Assembly (NCBI GenBank): GCA_964428725.1
Contig: CAYRYW010000009.1
Span: forward strand, 468 to 64,467
DNA: 64,000 nt
Direction: 5' to 3'
Source: an uncultured Dehalococcoidales bacterium
Lineage (GTDB): Bacteria; Chloroflexota; Dehalococcoidia; E44-bin15
Shown here: one piece after another, positions 39,935-47,294 of the stretch
Numbering within the stretch: position 1 is the first letter of the stretch
Layout: every line of letters begins with the position of its first letter
Program-made: the position numbers and the translations under genes
The notes under the pieces: model-generated
Database searches by the model: none
What the model was told of the DNA's origin: nothing
What the model saw: only the letters and a program-made list of their open reading frames with translations

Positions 39935-40414
39935 ATGGGCCAAACGGTGAATAGCACTTTAACAACCATCTTGATATCTCTGATCTCGGGGAGCGCCCCG
40001 TCTATTGTCTTGTGGCTGCTTACCAGACGCAAATACGAGGCAGAAGTTGGCAAGCTGAAGGCGGAAACAGAGAAGCTGGAAAGCGACGCTGCAGCGCTAC
40101 TGACGGAGGCTGCATCCGGATTGGTGGGGGATCTTCGCTCCGAGGTGGATGCGCTCAAAGAGGACAAGCGGGGCCTGGAGAAGCGGGTTTCCCAGTTGGA
40201 GGAATTGGGCGGTAGACAATCAGCCACCATTGCCAATCTGAAAATAGCTCTATCCAGGGCGGAGGGCAAGATCTATCAGTTGGAGTGTGAGAACAGGACT
40301 CTGAGAGAGACCAATCACCGTTTGGCCCAGCATTTGGCAGATATGACGGGGGGAGACACAGGCCCCCTAGACATACTGGGAGAGGAGCCTTGTGAAGGCG
40401 AGGACGAGAGCTGA
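39935..40414 (+). CDS. N-terminally anchored coiled-coil protein
   Basis: 159 codons. TM segment LTTILISLISGSAPSIVLWLL, then heptad-like EAEVGKLKAETEKLES.. The stop shares a base with the next start (TGATG). Confidence 0.45.
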   Translation: MGQTVNSTLTTILISLISGSAPSIVLWLLTRRKYEAEVGKLKAETEKLESDAAALLTEAASGLVGDLRSEVDALKEDKRGLEKRVSQLEELGGRQSATIANLKIALSRAEGKIYQLECENRTLRETNHRLAQHLADMTGGDTGPLDILGEEPCEGEDES

Positions 40415-42378
40415 TGACTGAGCGCGACTACCTTGAAAATCCAGGGTTCAATGTGCCGTGGGAGGCAGAGGAAAGCCACAGGTACCTGGTCGTCCCGCTG
40501 GAGGACGGGCGGCCGCCGTTTTTCACGCAGGCCGGCATTATTCACGCTCCCCCACGCTGGACACCCTGGTGTATAGTGGACGAGGAGAGTGGGTGGGACC
40601 ACCCAGAGGTTCATCTCAGATCGAGGGAGCAATTTCCGGAGCGAGTGTGCGAAGGAGAGCGGTCTGCTATGCTGTTTACCTTCTTCAGGCGGCATGATGC
40701 AGGATTCCAGCAGACGCTTCGGGTCCCGGCAGGGACTCTGATCAGACTCACTGCTAGAGCCCATGCCTGGAGCAACCATCTGGATGGGGAGCACCCGGAC
40801 GATCCGAGGTGGAGTGAGGGGGCGGGGTACGGAGCCGGGTTCTTGTCGGCCGGCTTGGCCCCCAACGATGAATGGGCAAATTTCACCTTCTGGGTGGGCA
40901 TAGACCCAACTGGGGGGAACGACCCACTATCCGATTCGGTGGTCTGGGGACACGGGGCCCACATCTATAACGAGTTTGCGGATGTCCCCCCAGTGGAGGT
41001 GATGGCCGGCGACAGTCCGATCACGGTGTTTCTGAGATCGAGAACGGCCTATCCTTTCAAGCATAATGATGCCTATTGGGATGATGCCCATCTTCTGGAG
41101 GTCCCCGTTGAGCCGGAGATCGAGGGGGGATCGACAAAGCTTGGGGCCCATGTTCTGAGGACAGCAGCGGATTTGGGAGGGTATATCGATGCCGGCCCGG
41201 CTGTGGTCAAATTCGTGGGAGATTGGGGGATGGCGGAGCAGGTCCCGGAGGGGGTCCTGGTTGTCGGCAGAAAGCACATGTCGGAGTATGATGCCCAGCA
41301 GCAGCGGGCATCCGGTCAGGGCCCGGACGATGCAGCCCGGCAATTCATTGAGGATCAGAGGGGAGTTTATCAGTCCAATCCTGGTATCAAGTACTGGGAG
41401 GGGCACAATGAGCCTGTGTGGAACTCTGTGGAGGATATGACCTGGTATGCCCGGTTCGAGATCGAACGGATGCGCCTGATGGCGGATCTAGGCCTCAAGT
41501 GTGTGATTGGCAATTTTGCCACAGGCACCCCTGCACTCAACCTCTGGCCGGCATTCGTTCCGGCTTGTAGGGTGGGCAAACAGAGAGGGGCCCTGCTGGG
41601 CCTGCACGAGTATAGTTGCCCCTGGATGTGGTGGATGACTGGAGCGTATCAGATAGACCCGACCGAGGATGAGGGGGACGAGGGCTGGACTACATTGCGA
41701 TACAGAAAGGTCTATCGGCAGCACCTAATACCAAGCGATGCTGTTATCCCTTTGGTGATCACCGAGTGCGGGATAGACGGACTCGTTAGGCCGTTGCCAC
41801 CCGGAGTAGATGGGGGGGCCTGGAGCGACCTGGGGGACTTTTGGCGCGACCACGACCAGGAGCCGGACAAGGAGGACTACTACTTCAGGCAGCTTGTCTG
41901 GTATGATCGGGAATTGCAGAAGGATGAGTATGTGGTGGGTGCTACGGTGTTCGCTTGGGGAAATTTCGGGCCGCCATGGGATGCATTCGATATAGCGGGA
42001 ACGGGGGTATCCGAGAAATTGACTCAGTATACCATAGAGCATCCGGCTGAGGGGTTCGATCCAGGAGGTTCGGGCAGGGGGACCCCACGAATCCAGTACA
42101 ATAGGACCTATGTTCTTTTGCCCCCCGATTGTGGGGCCGAGTGGGCTGCGGCCGTGATTGCTGCAACCTGGGAGGAACACCGCTTCACGATCGGTGGAAG
42201 TGCGGATGATGCTGGCATCGGGGATCTCGACTATCGCCGAGTCGTTGCGGTCAACCCGGAGCAGTGGCGCTCCGATCTGGAAGGATTCTATCAGCGGCAT
42301 TACCCGAAGGTGATTTTCCGGCCGATAACGGCGGAATCCCCTGAAGAACTGGGGGTGGCGCTTCGTGCTCTGGAGTGA
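40414..42378 (+). CDS. glycoside hydrolase, clan GH-A (TIM barrel) type, with N-terminal beta-rich domain
   Basis: 654 codons. WEGHNEPVW (acid/base NEP) and LVITECGIDG (nucleophile TE) with TIM-barrel-like spacing. The N-terminal LENPGF..W is CBM-like. Confidence 0.5.
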   Translation: MTERDYLENPGFNVPWEAEESHRYLVVPLEDGRPPFFTQAGIIHAPPRWTPWCIVDEESGWDHPEVHLRSREQFPERVCEGERSAMLFTFFRRHDAGFQQTLRVPAGTLIRLTARAHAWSNHLDGEHPDDPRWSEGAGYGAGFLSAGLAPNDEWANFTFWVGIDPTGGNDPLSDSVVWGHGAHIYNEFADVPPVEVMAGDSPITVFLRSRTAYPFKHNDAYWDDAHLLEVPVEPEIEGGSTKLGAHVLRTAADLGGYIDAGPAVVKFVGDWGMAEQVPEGVLVVGRKHMSEYDAQQQRASGQGPDDAARQFIEDQRGVYQSNPGIKYWEGHNEPVWNSVEDMTWYARFEIERMRLMADLGLKCVIGNFATGTPALNLWPAFVPACRVGKQRGALLGLHEYSCPWMWWMTGAYQIDPTEDEGDEGWTTLRYRKVYRQHLIPSDAVIPLVITECGIDGLVRPLPPGVDGGAWSDLGDFWRDHDQEPDKEDYYFRQLVWYDRELQKDEYVVGATVFAWGNFGPPWDAFDIAGTGVSEKLTQYTIEHPAEGFDPGGSGRGTPRIQYNRTYVLLPPDCGAEWAAAVIAATWEEHRFTIGGSADDAGIGDLDYRRVVAVNPEQWRSDLEGFYQRHYPKVIFRPITAESPEELGVALRALE

Positions 42379-42381
42379 GAG

Positions 42382-42579
42382 ATGGCCCGCGATAATAGGT
42401 GCTATCTGCGCGGCTGGACACCTCTAGGGCTGTTCAACTCGTTGGTGGGGTGTCTGTTCAATCGGGTGCTGGTGAAAGTTGAGGACAGCAGAACCGGGAG
42501 GACAGTGCGACGATATTGGGATAGGGCGTCAGCCCACCCAGGGGGAAAAGATGGCCAGTATACAACCAACCGAGAGTAA
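42382..42579 (+). CDS. hypothetical protein (weak)
   Basis: 65-codon ORF. It overlaps the next candidate by 29 nt. Confidence 0.3.
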   Translation: MARDNRCYLRGWTPLGLFNSLVGCLFNRVLVKVEDSRTGRTVRRYWDRASAHPGGKDGQYTTNRE

Positions 42580-42847
42580 TGGGTCTTCTACCCCCCCACT
42601 GACCCCCCTGCCGGATAGTCAGGCGTGGGCGGCCCTGAGAGAGTGGAACCGCAGAGCCATTGCCGGGGCCCTGAGCGTTCCGGTGGAGGTCTTGTGGGGC
42701 AAGGACCTCTGGGATGCCATCAGGGATGGTTTGGATCGGGCAGACCGGGCAATCGACGATGTCTGCGAAAAGTGCAATATCGATAGGACAGAGATCGAGA
42801 AAGAGGCCCAGAAAGCAGACGCCGATGCCGGGGAGGATGGGGAATGA
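42551..42847 (+). CDS. hypothetical protein
   Basis: ATG at 42551 after GGGGGAAAAG. 98 aa. Confidence 0.4.
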   Translation: MASIQPTESNGSSTPPLTPLPDSQAWAALREWNRRAIAGALSVPVEVLWGKDLWDAIRDGLDRADRAIDDVCEKCNIDRTEIEKEAQKADADAGEDGE

Positions 42848-43230
42848 GCACTATGGCACTGGTTGACCGGATAGCCGAGAGGGTGGCGGCCGGCCTGAAG
42901 GGATACGGAAGTCAGTGGCGGGTATGCGATTACAAGGGGAAGCTGGCAATCACGCTTCCGGCAGCCCCAGACTGGAATGAGCCGTTTATGGTCAAGCCGT
43001 ACCACGTCTCTAATATCCCGGTCAGTCAATATCGGGAGCTGCTAGATTGCCCGGTTCGTAACCTCCGTGGGAATGTGGGGACGGTTGCCCCGATCGGTGG
43101 GAGACCCAAACGCCTGGATACTTCGGGGTGGAAAAGAATCGAGGAGAAGAAACGAGTACGCAAGCCCCCCAAGGGCAGGGATTACGACTATGTGTGGGAG
43201 CGGGGGGAATGGAGGAAAGAGTGGGTATAG
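42844..43230 (+). CDS. hypothetical protein with LVDRIAERVAAGL N-terminal motif
   Basis: 128 codons, ATGA coupling. Confidence 0.45.
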   Translation: MSTMALVDRIAERVAAGLKGYGSQWRVCDYKGKLAITLPAAPDWNEPFMVKPYHVSNIPVSQYRELLDCPVRNLRGNVGTVAPIGGRPKRLDTSGWKRIEEKKRVRKPPKGRDYDYVWERGEWRKEWV

Positions 43231-43250
43231 GAGGAGACAGGCCGGATCTG

Positions 43251-43457
43251 ATGCAGGATGTCCTGGACTCGCTTGAGAAGCTGGCAGAACAGAAGCAGGA
43301 GGCTGTGGCCCTTTGTAGAGAGCTGCTTGGTGTGCTCGAGCGGATCCATGAGGGATTCGATGAGAGGGATTCAGAGAAGGCATCGAGCGTCCTGGGACGG
43401 AGCTTAATCGATGCCTGGTCAAAGAAGATCGAGGGGCTGAGTCATGCGAAAGATTGA
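43251..43457 (+). CDS. small helical hypothetical protein
   Basis: First ATG after the upstream stop, in the frame of track ORF 43128..43457. Confidence 0.35.
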   Translation: MQDVLDSLEKLAEQKQEAVALCRELLGVLERIHEGFDERDSEKASSVLGRSLIDAWSKKIEGLSHAKD

Positions 43458-44262
43458 CCGGGTTCTGGAGGAGATGAATGGCGGCCTGGTGGGGTTCCGT
43501 GTTAGAGACCAGCGGGTGCTGTTCAAAGCGGTAGCAAGGACTGTCACGCCGGCTTCTGGGTGGATCTCGGACGATGGTACCGATGTGGATTTCATCATCC
43601 TCACCCGCAAATGGAGGGCCCAAGTGCAGGAGGTGGGAACCCGGATTCCTCCAGTGTTCCTGCAGACCGATGAGCGGTGGGCCGATCTAAGGTACTCGCC
43701 AGAGAGCCGGCTGACCTTCGACCAGGCCGGCTGTCTGGTATGCACTGCAGCTTCATTGGCGGCCTGGGCAGGGTATGACGTGGACCCGGTATCCTTTGCT
43801 GGGGCCATTGCTGAGAAGGGGGCTTTCTCTGGCGGGAATTTGGGGCATCCCTCAGCAGTGGCGCGGGCGTTTCCGAAGTTGACATGGCATTTGGCAGGGG
43901 ATCGGGTGTACTGGTCTCCCAAATATCAACAAAGGGAGACCAGTCGCATTGATTGGGGGGACAGACCGGCGGACGTTGGGTGCTTGGGGCCCATCCTGGA
44001 AGCCCAGCCCGTTCCGATCAAGGTGGACTACAAGCCGAATACCAGACCGATCGATCAGCACTTTGTCTTGGCGTATTGTTATATTCCAGACCCAAACGGA
44101 GGGCTGAACGATGATCTGTTGGTGATGGACCCAATGTCTGGGAGGACGTCTGCACTGACGTATTTCAACCCAGATTGGTTGAACGATTGGATGAAACGGG
44201 AAGGCGTAACGCGTGTGGAGCGGCTCCTGATGGGGGCCAGGGTTTGGGACATACAAGACTAG
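43444..44262 (+). CDS. papain-like cysteine peptidase (C39/NlpC-like); endolysin candidate
   Basis: 272 codons. Candidate catalytic Cys in DQAGCLVCTAASL and His in DQHFVLAYCY. The assignment is tentative. Confidence 0.4.
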   Translation: MRKIDRVLEEMNGGLVGFRVRDQRVLFKAVARTVTPASGWISDDGTDVDFIILTRKWRAQVQEVGTRIPPVFLQTDERWADLRYSPESRLTFDQAGCLVCTAASLAAWAGYDVDPVSFAGAIAEKGAFSGGNLGHPSAVARAFPKLTWHLAGDRVYWSPKYQQRETSRIDWGDRPADVGCLGPILEAQPVPIKVDYKPNTRPIDQHFVLAYCYIPDPNGGLNDDLLVMDPMSGRTSALTYFNPDWLNDWMKREGVTRVERLLMGARVWDIQD

Positions 44263-44303
44263 GGGCCCCATAGAGAGGGCCAATCCAAGTGGAGGGATGA
44301 AAG

Positions 44304-45971
44304 ATGAATAGCAAGATCAGCAGGGTTTTCAGTGTTCTGGCGCTCGTTTCCTTGTTGCTGGTGCTGGCGGGATGCGAAGAAGGGACCCCGTGGGATATCG
44401 GCATTGGGGGAGAACCGGCGGACGAGGAAATGCCGGCCGCGCGGTCAACCTACCAGTGCGCTGTTCATACAGAGCAGGGATGCGCTAAGCTCGTCGTCGA
44501 ATCCGGCGGTGAGATCGAGGTCCAATCTGGCGGCACGGTTGACTTTCAGGATGGGGTCACCGTTGATCTCTCCAGCGGTGTTGACCTGGACGGGTCCACT
44601 CTGACTTGGGACGCAGATGGGGACACAACCGCTGTGGCGTCAGACGACGATGTGGTCAGCATGACTGTCGGGGCAAGCACCGGCTACTTTAACGTTCTCA
44701 CTGGGAATCTCAAGGTGGGGGACGGCAGCCCGGATACCTCCCTCAACGGGGAGGATCTTTATGTGGAGGGTACCATCGAGGTCGATGGGGCAGCAGATTT
44801 CGATGGGGCTGTCGATATGGCCAGCACTCTCAACCTGCTTGGGGCCCTCAGTGACAGTGGGGGGGCGCTCACTTTCGAGGACAACACGCTGATCGATGGC
44901 CAGTCAGATGCCGTCCAACTGACAATTCAGGGCCATACTACCCAGACGTCCAGTTCGTTTGTCGTGGAACAAAGCGACGGCACCGACAAATTCACCATTA
45001 ACGACTTTGGGCAGGTAACGATCTCCCCAGAGATGGACGACGATGGGGCAAACTATGACACGTGGGTCGGAATCGATGGCACTGTCACTGGAACCGGAAC
45101 CAAAGATCGGGTTCGAGCCCTGGAGGTCGAGTTTGAGCGCCCGGCCGGCCAAGAGCTTACCAGTGGGGACCATGATGACGTGGGCATCAAGGTGGCTGTT
45201 AAAACCAAAGCCATTACCACGACCACCGGCACAGTGCTCCGAGGGATTGACTGTGAGGCGAAGGCCGACAATCCCAGCGGGACGGTCACCAACCTCTATG
45301 GTGGTCTGTTCACGTCCAAGAGCGATACCGGCGCTGGCGATGTCTCCGAGATGATCGCCCTGAGCAGCAACGTCCACAATAACGCGGCTGTGAACACGAC
45401 GCTCCTATCTGCGGATTTCCGTCTGTATAGGCAAGCGGCTACAGAGCCCACTACGGAGGGGGTCGTCAGGGTTCGCAACGGCAGCACGTCTGGGACGGGA
45501 TGCGATTACGGTGTGGGGATTGTCTCGGATGGCAGCGGGGAGACTGACGATTTCGACTATGGGCTGGATATGTCCGGCGCTGATATCGACGATGCCGACA
45601 TCCGGTTCTCCAATGGAACGACTCTTTATGAGACAACCGATACCGTACTGACTTTCGGCGAATTTCTGGCTGCCGAGGAGCAGTCTGCAGTCACCCTGGG
45701 CGATGGTGAGACGATCACGGCGACCGGCACTTTCCAGCCAATCACCTCGTCCGGAAATGTCACCTGCAGCACTTCAACGTGTATTGTGGACGGCGTGGTC
45801 GATGGCCAGTTGCTGATTCTACAAAACGTGGGGTCCGACAACATCGTCATCGACGGCACGGGGGGCAATGTTGAATGCAAGAACGACGTCACCCTGGACG
45901 ACAATGACACCTTGATGTTGCTCTGGAACGGCTCGGACTGGTTCTGCATCGCCAATTACGATAACAGCTAG
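44304..45971 (+). CDS. large lipoprotein with beta-rich, fibre-like repeats
   Basis: Signal peptide and lipobox VLALVSLLLVLAGC. The 555-aa D/G/T/V-rich sequence ends ..LMLLWNGSDWFCIANYDNS. Confidence 0.6.
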   Translation: MNSKISRVFSVLALVSLLLVLAGCEEGTPWDIGIGGEPADEEMPAARSTYQCAVHTEQGCAKLVVESGGEIEVQSGGTVDFQDGVTVDLSSGVDLDGSTLTWDADGDTTAVASDDDVVSMTVGASTGYFNVLTGNLKVGDGSPDTSLNGEDLYVEGTIEVDGAADFDGAVDMASTLNLLGALSDSGGALTFEDNTLIDGQSDAVQLTIQGHTTQTSSSFVVEQSDGTDKFTINDFGQVTISPEMDDDGANYDTWVGIDGTVTGTGTKDRVRALEVEFERPAGQELTSGDHDDVGIKVAVKTKAITTTTGTVLRGIDCEAKADNPSGTVTNLYGGLFTSKSDTGAGDVSEMIALSSNVHNNAAVNTTLLSADFRLYRQAATEPTTEGVVRVRNGSTSGTGCDYGVGIVSDGSGETDDFDYGLDMSGADIDDADIRFSNGTTLYETTDTVLTFGEFLAAEEQSAVTLGDGETITATGTFQPITSSGNVTCSTSTCIVDGVVDGQLLILQNVGSDNIVIDGTGGNVECKNDVTLDDNDTLMLLWNGSDWFCIANYDNS

Positions 45972-46001
45972 GCTTCATCTCCTTACTCTCCTTGTGGTGT
46001 G

Positions 46002-46030
46002 GGGGGAGGGATTGTCGGGATCCCTCCCCC
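46002..46030 (+). terminator. GC-rich hairpin after the lipoprotein gene (no U tract)
   Basis: GGGGGAGGGAT (46002-46012) pairs with ATCCCTCCCCC (46020-46030), with a 7-nt loop. Confidence 0.35.
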
Positions 46031-46053
46031 TGAGGGGAGATTGAAGGGATACT

Positions 46054-46785
46054 ATGGATATTCGGTGGACCAGAGCAGGGCCCAGGGGCGAGTACTGGAC
46101 GGTTGAGGCGGAGCGTGTCGGTGTGTCTGCCCAAATAACCCCGATGGAAGGTGGGGGGTTCCGTCTGCAGATCAAGCGCAATGGGCGGCTCAGATACGAC
46201 GAGCCGGTCAGGGGGACTCTTAGGGACGCCAAGCAGGCGTTTGCTGGGTTTCTGCGGAGGATACAGGCCGGCGTTTTGCCATCCAGACCTGTATTTGCCC
46301 GGTCTTTGGCTGCAGGGGCCGTCTGGACCGGGAACCAGGGAGACTACGCCGAAGGCACCTGGCCGCAGGGCTGGGCTAAGGTCGAGTGGGTGAGTTCTCT
46401 GGGGGCCTGGAGGATTCAAGTTCGTTTGTTCCGTCGCCCGATTCAACGGGCGCAGGTGGAGGGCCTGGATAATCTGGATATGGCCAAGCAAAAGGCAGAG
46501 GAAATGTACAGGAAGGAACAACAGCGGATGGGCAAAAGATCGATGCCCCTTTGGAGGCTGCCGGCCCAATGGAAAGCGGTAGTATCTGGGGCCCGTGAGG
46601 TCTCTGTGGGCCTGTCTGAAATCGCTAGAGGTGTGGGCAAGGTCCAACGAGGGGTGCTGGCGGCTGTGCAGGAAACGGATCTGGTGGATTTGAACAGGGC
46701 TTTCACCAAATTCCAGAAGGCTGTTCTCAAGGCCATGGATGACTTCCAGGGGGACAGCTCCCGTATCTTAGAGGGAGGGGCTTGA
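46054..46785 (+). CDS. hypothetical protein with two copies of a W-x-R-(I/L)-Q beta/alpha module
   Basis: 243 codons. The N-terminal module is shared with the 22818..23315 product. A second, weaker copy is GAWRIQVRLFRRP..AKQKAEEMYRKE. Confidence 0.5.
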   Translation: MDIRWTRAGPRGEYWTVEAERVGVSAQITPMEGGGFRLQIKRNGRLRYDEPVRGTLRDAKQAFAGFLRRIQAGVLPSRPVFARSLAAGAVWTGNQGDYAEGTWPQGWAKVEWVSSLGAWRIQVRLFRRPIQRAQVEGLDNLDMAKQKAEEMYRKEQQRMGKRSMPLWRLPAQWKAVVSGAREVSVGLSEIARGVGKVQRGVLAAVQETDLVDLNRAFTKFQKAVLKAMDDFQGDSSRILEGGA

Positions 46786-47141
46786 TGGGGAACAAGGTTC
46801 AGGCTTTCGAGCATACCTTTCATAGCGGAACCAAGACAACAGGGAACGGCACCGCCATGGATGTTGGGGGTCTATCTGGCGTGGCTGTCCAGATCAGCGG
46901 CATTTCTAGCGACACCATTACCTGGGAGGCTACCATTGACGGCAGCAATTGGGTTGCAGTGCGGGCGATGAATGCTAACGATGGGGCGGTTGCAACCACT
47001 GCCACCGCCGACGGGATCTACATCGTCCCGGTTGCCGGCCTCGACCAGCTCAGGGCCCGTGTAAGTACCCATGGATCCGGCACGATCAATGCTGTGGGGA
47101 AGGGCGTCACCAATGCGGTATCTGTGGGGTTGAAGACATGA
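46782..47141 (+). CDS. hypothetical beta-sandwich protein
   Basis: 119 codons, ATGA coupling. G/T/A/V-rich. Confidence 0.45.
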   Translation: MMGNKVQAFEHTFHSGTKTTGNGTAMDVGGLSGVAVQISGISSDTITWEATIDGSNWVAVRAMNANDGAVATTATADGIYIVPVAGLDQLRARVSTHGSGTINAVGKGVTNAVSVGLKT

Positions 47142-47281
47142 CGGAATGGGAAAGCGATCCGGCTTTCATATTGTACTCGGCATTCGGGTGTGTAGTGGGA
47201 TTCATTCTGCTTGTGCTATTGATTCGCTGGGGCGTCGAGTGGGCCATAAAGATTCTGGCTCGGCTAATAAGCGGGTGGTAG
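47138..47281 (+). CDS. small single-pass membrane peptide (47 aa)
   Basis: Not in the track. The ATG overlaps the upstream stop. Product is MTEWESDPAFILYSAFGCVVGFILLVLLIRWGVEWAIKILARLISGW. Confidence 0.35.
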   Translation: MTEWESDPAFILYSAFGCVVGFILLVLLIRWGVEWAIKILARLISGW

Positions 47282-47294
47282 GGGGAGACAGCCT

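Noticed and set aside
40414-42378. Calling the 654-aa glycosidase a standard lysozyme/muramidase endolysin.
   Set aside because: The motifs (NEP, TECG) indicate a clan-A TIM barrel rather than GH19/22/24/25/73/108. The substrate is left open.
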